Shown piece by piece: positions 8,291 to 16,746 of a stretch of 43,214 nt of DNA. The stretch lies in the IMG/VR virus record IMGVR_UViG_3300029576_000011; one strand, given 5' to 3'. A model generated the notes under the pieces. It was not told where the DNA came from. It searched no databases and saw only the letters and a program-made list of their open reading frames with translations. Both the position numbers and the translations under genes were made by a program. Within the stretch, counting starts at the first letter, position 1; each line of letters starts with the position of its first letter. The DNA is from a virus.

Positions 8291-10104
8291 GTGGGGCGCA
8301 GATCAATTTCCTGGACGAAATCATAGTGGACAATTTCGCCGGCGGCGGTGGCGCGTCAACCGGGATCGAATTAGCCACGGGCCGCGTGGTAGACATAGCG
8401 GTGAACCACGATCCTGACGCCATTTTAATGCACAAGACGAACCACCCACACACGCGCCATTTTCAAGCCAGCGTGTGGGACGTGGACCCGGTGGAAGTCT
8501 GCCAAGGGCGCCCCGTGGGCCTGGCCTGGTTTTCCCCGGATTGCAAGCATTTCAGCAAGGCCAAGGGTGGGAAACCTGTTGACAAAAATATACGCGGGCT
8601 TGCATGGATCGTCCTGCGCTGGGCCGGAACGGTCCGCCCGCGCGTGATTATTCTGGAGAACGTGGAGGAGTTCCAAACGTGGGGGCCTGTGCGAAAAGGA
8701 AAGCCTGTCAAAAAACTGGTGGGCCAAACTTTCCACAAATGGCTGGAGCAGCTTAAAAACCTGGGATATGCCGTCGAGTGGCGCGAACTTGTGGCCGCGG
8801 ATTATGGAGCGCCCACAACGCGAAAGCGGTTTTTCCTGATTGCCAGGCATGACGGGCGGCCTATTGTATGGCCGAAACCAACACACGCACCGGCAGACAG
8901 CCCGGAGGTAAAGAGCGGAAAGAAAAAACCATGGCGCAGCGCGGCGGAAATCATAGACTGGAGCCTGCCGTGCCCGTCCATTTTTGACAGCCGCGCAGAG
9001 ATCAAGGAAAAATATGGGCTTTCGGCGCAGCGCCCCCTCCGTCCCAATACTATGCGGTGTGTGGCCAGAGGCGTGGACAAGTTCGTGATAAAATCGGCGG
9101 ATCCGTTTCTGGTGATTGTCAACCATGCTGGGGATTTCCGCGGGCAAGAAATGAGCGGGCCGCTTCAAACTGTGACAGCAAAACACGGGTACGGCGTGGC
9201 CTCCCCTGTCATGGCGCCGCTGACGGTAACGAATACCACCAACAGCGTGGGGGCAGCCGCGGGCGCCCCAGTGCATACCGTGACAACCGCAGGAAACCAA
9301 ATGCTGATTACGCCAACCCTGGCCGCAATCGGGCAGACCGGCGGCGGGGACCGCGGGCGCAGCGTAATGGAGCCGACGCACACCCAGGTGTCAAAAGCGG
9401 AGGAGTGCGTGGCGTGTCCGGCCATGATCCAGTACCACACGGAGCAATCGGAGCGAGTGCGAGGCCAAAGCGTCAAAGAACCGGTTATGACCATTGACGC
9501 CTCCAACCGCTACGGCCTGGCGGCGGCTACGCTGACAAAGTATTACAGCGGCGACCACAACCAGAGCGCGGGCGCACCGCTTCACACGGTCACGACGCGG
9601 GATCGTGAAGCTATCACCATGGCCAGCATGGTCAAGCTGAAAGGTACAAACCTGGGCGGGCCTGCAACGGAGCCGGTGCAAACAATAACCGCTGGCGGAG
9701 GCCATCATGGGGTGATTACCACCGAAGTGGTAAAAGCGACACCGGGCGCCGATCTCCGAAACTGGCCAAAAATCCGTGCCGCCCTGAATGAGTATTGCGG
9801 CTACACGCTGGCGGACAACGAGGTGATCCTGTTTTTGATCGGCGGCGCCTGGTATTTCATGGCTGATATAGGGCTGCGTATGCTGACGCCGCGGGAATTA
9901 TACAGGGCGAACGGCTTTCCTGATGATTATAAAATCGACAAAGATTACACCGGCAAGGAGTACGGGAAAACCAAGCAAGTGGCAAGGTGCGGGAACGCAG
10001 TACCGCCACCGTTTGCCACGGCCCTGGTTCGGGCAAACCTGCCGGAATGGTGCGGAACAACAATCACGACCATGGCACAGCTGGAGCGGCTGGTGGCCGT
10101 GTAA
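8287..10104 (+). CDS. DNA (cytosine-5)-methyltransferase with an enlarged, internally repetitive target-recognition region (605 aa)
   Basis: Motif I DNFAGGGG, motif IV SPDCKHFS, motif VI ILENVEEF, motif VIII RKRFFLIA, motif X CGNAVPPPF; about 300 aa lie between motifs VIII and IX; ATGA overlap with the upstream gene. Confidence 0.9.
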   Translation: MSGAQINFLDEIIVDNFAGGGGASTGIELATGRVVDIAVNHDPDAILMHKTNHPHTRHFQASVWDVDPVEVCQGRPVGLAWFSPDCKHFSKAKGGKPVDKNIRGLAWIVLRWAGTVRPRVIILENVEEFQTWGPVRKGKPVKKLVGQTFHKWLEQLKNLGYAVEWRELVAADYGAPTTRKRFFLIARHDGRPIVWPKPTHAPADSPEVKSGKKKPWRSAAEIIDWSLPCPSIFDSRAEIKEKYGLSAQRPLRPNTMRCVARGVDKFVIKSADPFLVIVNHAGDFRGQEMSGPLQTVTAKHGYGVASPVMAPLTVTNTTNSVGAAAGAPVHTVTTAGNQMLITPTLAAIGQTGGGDRGRSVMEPTHTQVSKAEECVACPAMIQYHTEQSERVRGQSVKEPVMTIDASNRYGLAAATLTKYYSGDHNQSAGAPLHTVTTRDREAITMASMVKLKGTNLGGPATEPVQTITAGGGHHGVITTEVVKATPGADLRNWPKIRAALNEYCGYTLADNEVILFLIGGAWYFMADIGLRMLTPRELYRANGFPDDYKIDKDYTGKEYGKTKQVARCGNAVPPPFATALVRANLPEWCGTTITTMAQLERLVAV

Positions 10105-10122
10105 TGGAAAGGGCGGTAAAGC

Positions 10123-10503
10123 ATGAGTATTATTTGCATAGCCAAGGGAACGGCCACCATAGGGCTGACGACGCGGGGCGCAGATGGGCAGATCATAAGC
10201 CAGACACCGGCGCGGTGGGAGCATGACCCGGACGGCGGGTGTGTTGCCCTCTGGACTATGAACCCGGAAACCGAGGAACAGGAAGCCCCGGCGCGTATCT
10301 ATGGCGACTGGCAGGCGTCGGAATACCTGGGCGACGTTCTGGCGGAACTGAAACCGCGCCGCAAGGTGAACCTGCCGGACTTCCCGGCAATCGTCCGCGC
10401 GGCCATGGCCGACGGTATGGACATTTGCGTGTACTGCCAGAGTTTTGGCTGTAACGAGTGCATAGTGAACGAGTGGAAAAACGAAAGGAGCGACGAAGAA
10501 TGA
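10123..10503 (+). CDS. hypothetical protein (126 aa) with C-terminal Cys cluster
   Basis: ORF with CVYCQSFGCNEC near the C-terminus; no family recognised. Confidence 0.5.
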   Translation: MSIICIAKGTATIGLTTRGADGQIISQTPARWEHDPDGGCVALWTMNPETEEQEAPARIYGDWQASEYLGDVLAELKPRRKVNLPDFPAIVRAAMADGMDICVYCQSFGCNECIVNEWKNERSDEE

Positions 10504-11243
10504 ACAAGACGAAAATTGACTGGGCCACAATGTCCTGGAACCCCGTAACCGGCTGCCGCCATGGCTGCCCGTACTGCTACGCCAGGCGAACGGCCACACG
10601 CTTCAACGCAGGGCTGGAGGATCCGGCCCCGCTGGCCGGCGGCCTCCATGTGCTGCCGGAGAAGATCAAGGCGACGCCATACCCGTATGGTTTCGAGCCT
10701 ACCCTGCACCGCTACCGCCTGGGCCAGCCGCAGAACACAGAGGAACCGCAGACCGTGTTTGTTTGCAGCATGGCGGATCTGTTTGGGCGCTGGGTGCCCA
10801 CCTCCTGGATCGTGGAGGTGCTGGACGCCTGCCGCAAGGCACCCCAGCACCGCTATTTGTTCCTGACCAAGAACCCGGCCCGGTATCTGGAGTTGGACCA
10901 CCTGGCCCTCCTGCCCCACGAAAGCAATTTCTGGTATGGCAGCACCGTGGCGAACATGGACGCGGTGGGAATGTACGTCATGCAGGGCGTGAACATCAAC
11001 AGCTTTTGGAGCATGGAGCCGCTGCTGGGGCCGGTGGACATGGCCGCGGCGGAGGGGTTACCGGAGTGGGTGATCCTGGGCGCCGAAACCGGCAACCGAC
11101 CGGACAAGGTGACGCCCGCCCGCGAGTGGGTGGACAACATCGTGGCATTTTGCGAGGAGAACGAGATCCCTGTGTTCTTCAAGGAAAATCTGCGGAAGTA
11201 TTTCCCGGATCTCCCTGCCTCTGCTTTCCCCTGGGAGGTGTGA
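10500..11243 (+). CDS. phage Gp37/Gp68 family protein (DUF5131)
   Basis: The N-terminus KIDWATMSWNPVTGCRHGCPYCYA is the family signature; ATGA overlap; AAAGGAG RBS. Confidence 0.7.
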   Translation: MNKTKIDWATMSWNPVTGCRHGCPYCYARRTATRFNAGLEDPAPLAGGLHVLPEKIKATPYPYGFEPTLHRYRLGQPQNTEEPQTVFVCSMADLFGRWVPTSWIVEVLDACRKAPQHRYLFLTKNPARYLELDHLALLPHESNFWYGSTVANMDAVGMYVMQGVNINSFWSMEPLLGPVDMAAAEGLPEWVILGAETGNRPDKVTPAREWVDNIVAFCEENEIPVFFKENLRKYFPDLPASAFPWEV

Positions 11244-11246
11244 GCC

Positions 11247-11504
11247 GTGGAAAACACCGAGAAAGTGGAGATCGGTTACACCGTGCCGAAAGAACGCTGG
11301 CAGGAAGCAGCCAAGAACCTGGAGGAACTGGGGAACGTGCTGGCAGCTGGATTTCTGAAACAGAACAAGGACGGGCGCGGGAAAGAGGACGCGGACGCGC
11401 TTATGGCGGACATTGTACTGGCCTGCATGGCGCTCCATCATGTGGCGGAGTTCGCAACGGACAAATGCCGGATCATTCCGCTGCCCGGCAAGAACGGAGG
11501 TTAA
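11247..11504 (+). CDS. hypothetical protein (85 aa)
   Basis: GTG 11247 follows GGAGGTG. Confidence 0.45.
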   Translation: MENTEKVEIGYTVPKERWQEAAKNLEELGNVLAAGFLKQNKDGRGKEDADALMADIVLACMALHHVAEFATDKCRIIPLPGKNGG

Positions 11505-11505
11505 T

Positions 11506-11904
11506 ATGCTGGCTGTGCTTATGAGCATGAAACCGGAGTGGTGGGAGAAAATCCTGACCGGGGAAAAATGGCTGGAGATCCGAAAGAGCCACCCGCAGAG
11601 CAAAAACCACGCGGATCTGGAATGGCCTTTGACGGTGCTGGTGTATGTCAGCGGAACCGGAGCGGTGCAAGGTCAATTTCTCTGCCATGGGTACACGGAA
11701 ACCAATTTCCTGCAGTATCTGGAAAAGCCGTCATGCGTACCGCTGGCAGACCTGGAAAAGTACGCCGGGGGCAAGTGCGTTTCCGGCTGGTTCATCGAAG
11801 CACCGGAAAAGTTCGACACACCAAGCCCGCTGGCAGAGTTCGGCCTGGACCGTCCGCCCATGTCGTGGCAGTATGTGGAGATCCCGGACGCGGAGGAGGT
11901 ATAA
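11506..11904 (+). CDS. ASCH-domain protein
   Basis: MKPEWWEKILTGEKWLEIRKSHP resembles the ASCH N-terminal motif; ACGGAGG RBS. Confidence 0.55.
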   Translation: MLAVLMSMKPEWWEKILTGEKWLEIRKSHPQSKNHADLEWPLTVLVYVSGTGAVQGQFLCHGYTETNFLQYLEKPSCVPLADLEKYAGGKCVSGWFIEAPEKFDTPSPLAEFGLDRPPMSWQYVEIPDAEEV

Positions 11905-11906
11905 GC

Positions 11907-12296
11907 GTGAAAGAATATTTCAAAAACGCACTGATTATATGCGCTGAAATGACGCTATTGGTAGTCTGTTGGGGACTGGCAGAGTTCGCGCTGGCGGTGC
12001 TACGAATAGAAATCGGCCTGACAAACTGGGCTATGGGCGGGTTCGTACTGGCGGCGGCCCTAATCGGTGCGGCGTTTAGAACGGCCAGAGAGCGCCGGAG
12101 AAAGGAACGGGCCGCAAAATATGTCCCGGTAGTCCTGGAAAGCGCTATAAACGTCCAGCGCAGTCTATTGCGGGATATTACTGCATCGGAGGATCAAAGC
12201 CAGATCAATACATGGCGAAAAAGCGTCGTCAAAATGACCCTGGCAGCCCTAAATGAAAAGCGGGAACGCACGATCAAGAACGGAGCGGAGAAGTGA
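11907..12296 (+). CDS. membrane protein (129 aa, two predicted TM helices)
   Basis: GTG 11907 lies 7 nt after GGAGGAGG; hydrophobic N-terminal half (LIICAEMTLLVVCWGLAEFALAVL; WAMGGFVLAAALIGAAF). Confidence 0.45.
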   Translation: MKEYFKNALIICAEMTLLVVCWGLAEFALAVLRIEIGLTNWAMGGFVLAAALIGAAFRTARERRRKERAAKYVPVVLESAINVQRSLLRDITASEDQSQINTWRKSVVKMTLAALNEKRERTIKNGAEK

Positions 12297-12478
12297 AAGC
12301 AGAAAAGCCACCGGCAAGCCCACAATGTACGGACTGCCCACTCTGGAAATATGGCGCTGTGTCCTGCGCCCGCTTTAATCTGCGCTATGCGCTGAATGAA
12401 ATGTTAAAAGAACTCCCGTTCTTTTGCAGAACGGCGGAGGAAAAAATTGTTTGCCCGCATAAGGAGGCCAAGAAATAA
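12293..12478 (+). CDS. small Cys-rich protein (61 aa)
   Basis: GTGA overlap with the upstream stop; CTDCP...C...C...C pattern. Confidence 0.4.
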   Translation: MKAEKPPASPQCTDCPLWKYGAVSCARFNLRYALNEMLKELPFFCRTAEEKIVCPHKEAKK

Positions 12479-12479
12479 C

Positions 12480-13010
12480 ATGGCCATAAACGTTTCCGAC
12501 CTGCCGCCGAAATACCAGGCGCAGGCCATGAAAAAGTACATGGAGCAGCAACAGCGGCGGGGGCCAGCACCTCCCGCCGCGCCGCCGCAGGATCCGACAA
12601 AGGGCACGAAATACCACAACACCCCCACCGAGCGGGTGACAGCCTCCGGGGCCGTCCTGCATTTCGACAGCCAAAAAGAGGCCCGCAGGTTCGACGTTCT
12701 GGCAGCCCGCCAGGCAAGGGGGCAGATCCGTGATCTGCGCCTCCAGGTGGATTTCACCCTGCAGGAAGCGTTTACCGACACGGAGGGAAAGCGGGTGCGG
12801 GCGATCCGCTACAAGGCGGATTTTACATACTACCAGCCGCCAAACAGGCAGCTATACGGAAGTCATGCGCCATACTACGCAGAACAAAGCGGGGTGCCCT
12901 GGGAGTTCGTCGTGGAGGACGTAAAGAGCAAGGCAACCAGAACGGCCAAGTATGCCATGAAAAAGAAAATGCTAAAGGACCGTTTTGGGTACGACATTAC
13001 CGAGGTGTGA
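12480..13010 (+). CDS. DUF1064-like PD-(D/E)xK nuclease (putative resolvase)
   Basis: KYHNTPTE...FDSQKEARRF...YKADF...EDVKS spacing matches my recollection of DUF1064. Confidence 0.55.
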   Translation: MAINVSDLPPKYQAQAMKKYMEQQQRRGPAPPAAPPQDPTKGTKYHNTPTERVTASGAVLHFDSQKEARRFDVLAARQARGQIRDLRLQVDFTLQEAFTDTEGKRVRAIRYKADFTYYQPPNRQLYGSHAPYYAEQSGVPWEFVVEDVKSKATRTAKYAMKKKMLKDRFGYDITEV

Positions 13011-13012
13011 GA

Positions 13013-13543
13013 ATGAGCAAAAAGACAACGGACGAAACCCTGGGCCGTGAGGCTGTCAAGGAATACCTGCAGCAGTACCACACGGCTGTGGGGAAAAAGC
13101 GGATCCTGGAGGAGCGCCACCGCGTCCTTTCCAGCGAACTGCGGGCGCCCAGTACGGGGTCCGCGTTCAGGTTGACGCCGCCGACCAAGCCGACAAAGAC
13201 GGACGGATCCGTGTCCGTTGTCTTTCGGATCTCCGAAGTGGAGGACAGGATCGAGGAGCAGCGGGAGGAAATGGCCAAGGCCGTCCTGAACGTTATGGAT
13301 TTGATCGACGTATTACCCGCCAACTCCACCGAGCGCACCGTGGTGGAAATGCGACACATAGATTGCCGGGGCTGGGATAAGATCGCGGAGGCCCTTTACA
13401 TGAGCCGGTCCAACGTGTTCAACTACTACAACGCCGCCCTGGATAAGATCCTGGAGAACAAGCGCAACCGGAAACTGCTGGAGGAATACATGGCCAGGAA
13501 GCAGCAACGGGCAGGGCCGCACGGGCGGAATAATCACCCCTGA
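13013..13543 (+). CDS. sigma-70 region-4-like late transcriptional regulator (RinA/ArpU-type position)
   Basis: C-terminal HTH ERTVVEMRHIDCRGWDKIAEALYMSRSNVFNYYNAALDKI resembles sigma region 4; last gene before the packaging module. Confidence 0.6.
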   Translation: MSKKTTDETLGREAVKEYLQQYHTAVGKKRILEERHRVLSSELRAPSTGSAFRLTPPTKPTKTDGSVSVVFRISEVEDRIEEQREEMAKAVLNVMDLIDVLPANSTERTVVEMRHIDCRGWDKIAEALYMSRSNVFNYYNAALDKILENKRNRKLLEEYMARKQQRAGPHGRNNHP

Positions 13544-13573
13544 AAAGTTTGGACGCTTTTGGACTATTGACCG

Positions 13574-13582
13574 TGCTATACT
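13574..13582 (+). promoter_or_regulatory. extended -10 promoter element TGCTATACT (candidate late promoter)
   Basis: TGn+TATACT at 13574-13582. There is no well-spaced -35 (TTGGAC copies sit at 12 and 22 nt), as in activator-dependent promoters. Confidence 0.35.
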
Positions 13583-13588
13583 GATAGC

Positions 13589-13667
13589 ATGGAAAGCAGC
13601 GCAGGGGTGAAGCCCTGAAACGAATACCGAGAACCACCAGCCGAAAGGCCGGTGGTTCTTTGCTTTC
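13589..13667 (+). ncRNA. candidate short (~80 nt) promoter-proximal terminated transcript
   Basis: Bounded by the extended -10 at 13574-13582 and the terminator at 13631-13667; only a 9-codon mini-ORF inside. Confidence 0.3.
13631..13667 (+). terminator. Rho-independent terminator
   Basis: GAACCACCAGCC-GAAA-GGCCGGTGGTTC (one mismatch) followed by TTTGCTTT. Confidence 0.6.
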
Positions 13668-13764
13668 CACACCATGGCCGGGGAGTGTACCGCGGGGGCT
13701 TTCCTCCTTTCACCCTGCGCCGCTGCGGCGTGTGCATACGCGGCGGCCCGGCCTAACCCTCCCG

Positions 13765-13796
13765 CCCTGGGTGCCTTTGCCGAGGGGCACCCAGGG
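13765..13796. repeat. 11-bp perfect inverted repeat in the GC-rich region upstream of the small terminase gene
   Basis: CCCTGGGTGCC (13765-13775) / GGCACCCAGGG (13786-13796); GGCACCC recurs at 13795-13801. Confidence 0.7.
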
Positions 13797-13942
13797 CACC
13801 CGTTAAGGACCCCGCACCCCCCCTGTGTAGGTACTCCCCAGCAGGAAAAGCCGTGCGGGGCAAGGAAAGCCCGACGTTTTACCCTGTGAAAACAGAAAAA
13901 AATCCGGCTGTTACGTTACGGTTTTTTGAAATGCCGGAAAAG

Positions 13943-13966
13943 TTATACCCCCCTACGGGGGTATAA
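13943..13966. repeat. 10-bp perfect hairpin/palindrome
   Basis: TTATACCCCC-CTAC-GGGGGTATAA. Confidence 0.7.
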
Positions 13967-14061
13967 GCCGAAAAAGGAGCGGCGAAAAAAACGAAATCGA
14001 CCAAAACCGGAAAAGCGAAACCGGCGGGGCACCCTGCTGGAGCAAAAAGGAGGTGGCGCCG

Positions 14062-14664
14062 GTGGCGGAAAAGAAGCAGACCGGCGGCACCGGAAAGCGG
14101 GCAAAGAGCGAAAAGCCGGCGGTGCTGTCCGGCACGGTGCCGGAGTGGTCCAGCACAACGGCGATCTCCCAGCTGCTGGGGAAAACGGTCCGCCGTGTGC
14201 AACAGCTGACCCAGGAGGGCGTCCTGGAAACAGAGATCCCGCCCGGCGGCGGTGCCCGCAAATATAGAACCTGCGCCACGGTCCAGCGTTATGTGGCATA
14301 CGTCGAGGCGAAAGCCCAGGAAACCGGCGAAAACAGCCGGGCGGCGGAGTTGACGCTGAAAAAGCTGGAGGCGGAGGTTGAACTGAAAGAAAGCCAAGGC
14401 CAGTTGCACCGCCTGAAAACGGCGATTGCAGAGGGGCGTTACCTGGCGGCAGATCACGCCACCGAGGAACTAACCGAGTTCATGGCCAGCTTTAAGAAAT
14501 TCGCCATGAATATACCCCCGCGCATGGCGGGAACCATGTCCGGCTATGCGGACGCGGTGGCGATCCGCGCCATGGAAAAGGCCATGCGGAAAGAGTTGGA
14601 AAGCCTGCTGGCCGCGTTCTCTGATGGTGCGATCATGGAGGAGCGGGAGGACGCGGCGCCATGA
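14062..14664 (+). CDS. terS: terminase small subunit (Nu1-like, HTH N-terminus)
   Basis: Immediately upstream of the large terminase with an ATGA overlap; GTG 14062 lies 8 nt after AAAGGAGG; HTH-like STTAISQLLGKTVRRVQQLTQEG; central coiled coil. Confidence 0.65.
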   Translation: MAEKKQTGGTGKRAKSEKPAVLSGTVPEWSSTTAISQLLGKTVRRVQQLTQEGVLETEIPPGGGARKYRTCATVQRYVAYVEAKAQETGENSRAAELTLKKLEAEVELKESQGQLHRLKTAIAEGRYLAADHATEELTEFMASFKKFAMNIPPRMAGTMSGYADAVAIRAMEKAMRKELESLLAAFSDGAIMEEREDAAP

Positions 14665-16505
14665 GGAAGTACAAGCAGGAACCCTATACCGTGCCGCCGT
14701 GGATCTATAACGCCATTCAAGTGCTGCGCCCTGTGGAACGCCTGACGGTTTCGGAGTGGGCGGCTAAATACCGCGTATTGCCGGACGGAAACGCGATCCC
14801 AGGCCCATGGAGCAACAGCGTGACCCCGTACCTGGTGGAGATCATGGACGCCTTTTCCGACGACATGGTGGAGGAAATCGTGTTCGTGAAGCCCACCCAG
14901 GTGGGCGGCACGTCTGCCATGGAGAATATGCTGGGAAGCCTGATCGCGCAGGACCCGGCCCCGGCTATGGTGGTTTACCCGTCGGACGACCTGGCGGAGC
15001 GCACCACGGAAAGCAAGCTGGAGCCAATGGTGAGAAGCTGCAAGGTTCTGGCCGATAAGTGGCGGAAGAACGACAGCAAGAAACTGGCGCTAAAGTTTTC
15101 CGACATGACCGTGTACCTGACGGGCGCGAACAGCCCGGCGGATCTGGCCAGTACGAATATACGTTACCTGTTTCTGGACGAAGTGGACAAGTTTCCGGGC
15201 GCGTCCAAGAAAGAGGCCGACCCCGTTTCCCTGGCGCGAGAGCGCACAAAAACCTTTTTCAACCGCAAAATCTTTATGGCCTCCACCCCCACCCTGAAAA
15301 CGGGCCATATCTGGAAAGCCAAAGAGGCGGCGGAGGCTGAAAAGCATTACTTTGTCCCGTGCCCGCATTGTGGGCAGTACATAGAACTGAAATTCGGGTG
15401 CCTGAAATGGCCCAGCAAGGACGACGTACCGGAGAACACCGACCGGGCGGAAATGGCCGTGTATGTGTGCCAAGCCTGCGGGGCTGTGATTACGGATCAG
15501 GACAAGGGGAAAATGCTACGGGCTGGCCGCTGGCAGGCTGTGAAGCAGCGGACGAAGAACCCCAAAAGCGTGGCCTTTTGGCTGAACACCCTGTATTCCC
15601 CGTTCACCCGTTTTTCCGATATTGCGCGGGAGTTCATGCGGAGCAAAGACGACCCGGAACTGCTGCACAACTTCACCAACAGCTGGCTGGCGGAGCCGTG
15701 GGAGGACACGAAGCTGAAAACCAACGCGGAGTTGGTCATGGAGCGGCAGACGGAAACGCCGGAGTGGACGCTGCCGCCATGGACGAAGCTAATTACCGGC
15801 GGGATCGACGTACAGGAAAATTGCCTGTACTGGACGATCCGCGCCTGGGGCGACTACATGACCAGCCAGAACGTGGCCCACGGGCAGGCGCTTTCCATGG
15901 CAGAGGTGGAAAAGGCCATGAACGTGGAGTTTTCCCTGCCGAACGGCGACACGGCCATGGTCAACCTGGCCCTGATGGACAGCGGCGACCAGACCGACGA
16001 AGTTTACGAGTTTTGCGCCATCAATTCAGACTGGGTGCTGCCCTGCAAGGGCACCAGCACCATGTTGTCCCATTACCGCCTTTCTGTGGTCAATAAGGCC
16101 GGCAGTAAGGCCAACGGCATGACCCTGGTTCTGGTGGACGGCGGCAAGTATAAAGACCAGATCGCGGCCCGTATGCGGAAGCCGAACGGGACAGGTTCCT
16201 GGCAGGTTTACAAGGACTGCGACATGGAATACGCCGAACAGGTAACGGCGGAACACAAGGTAACAGAGCGATCCGGCGGAAAAGAGGTTCAAAAATGGGT
16301 GCTGAAATCCTCCCACGCCGATAACCATTACCTGGACTGCGAGGTGTACGCAGCCGCGGCGGCGGACGTTATGGGCGTCCGGTCCCTGTACCTGAAAAGC
16401 GTGGAGGGGCAGGCGGCGGCGCCGGAGCCGCGGAAGCCGGCCAAGCAGGAACCGCGACAAACCCAGGAAGAAAACTGGATCAATCAAAATGACACATGGA
16501 TCTGA
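14661..16505 (+). CDS. terL: terminase large subunit, GpA (lambda A-like) family
   Basis: 614 aa; Walker-A-like VKPTQVGGTS and Walker-B-like YLFLDEVD; overall resemblance to GpA terminases; followed by gpW and a lambda-family portal. Confidence 0.85.
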   Translation: MRKYKQEPYTVPPWIYNAIQVLRPVERLTVSEWAAKYRVLPDGNAIPGPWSNSVTPYLVEIMDAFSDDMVEEIVFVKPTQVGGTSAMENMLGSLIAQDPAPAMVVYPSDDLAERTTESKLEPMVRSCKVLADKWRKNDSKKLALKFSDMTVYLTGANSPADLASTNIRYLFLDEVDKFPGASKKEADPVSLARERTKTFFNRKIFMASTPTLKTGHIWKAKEAAEAEKHYFVPCPHCGQYIELKFGCLKWPSKDDVPENTDRAEMAVYVCQACGAVITDQDKGKMLRAGRWQAVKQRTKNPKSVAFWLNTLYSPFTRFSDIAREFMRSKDDPELLHNFTNSWLAEPWEDTKLKTNAELVMERQTETPEWTLPPWTKLITGGIDVQENCLYWTIRAWGDYMTSQNVAHGQALSMAEVEKAMNVEFSLPNGDTAMVNLALMDSGDQTDEVYEFCAINSDWVLPCKGTSTMLSHYRLSVVNKAGSKANGMTLVLVDGGKYKDQIAARMRKPNGTGSWQVYKDCDMEYAEQVTAEHKVTERSGGKEVQKWVLKSSHADNHYLDCEVYAAAAADVMGVRSLYLKSVEGQAAAPEPRKPAKQEPRQTQEENWINQNDTWI

Positions 16506-16519
16506 CAGGAGGCCACCAA

Positions 16520-16744
16520 ATGAGTACAAACACAAAAGCGGCTGAAATGCTGGAGCAGGTAAACAGCGCCATTTCCGCCGTTCTGGCCGGCGGCCAGTCA
16601 TACAAGATCGGCAGCCGATCCCTGACGCGGGCGGACCTGGCCCAGCTGAAAGCCATTCGTGACGACCTGGAGGCGCAGATCGACAGCGGGACGGACAACT
16701 GCCTGCTGGATCGCACCTTTGTGGCGTTCTTTGACGGGAGGTAA
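16520..16744 (+). CDS. gpW-like head-tail joining protein
   Basis: 74-aa protein between terL and portal, as in lambda; ATG 16520 lies 7 nt after ACAGGAGG. Confidence 0.6.
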   Translation: MSTNTKAAEMLEQVNSAISAVLAGGQSYKIGSRSLTRADLAQLKAIRDDLEAQIDSGTDNCLLDRTFVAFFDGR

Positions 16745-16746
16745 CC

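Noticed and set aside
13674-13889. 71-aa ORF in the GC-rich region upstream of the small terminase gene
   Set aside because: There is no RBS, the composition is Ala/Pro/Gly-rich, and it is filled with inverted repeats. It is better explained as a non-coding packaging/regulatory region.
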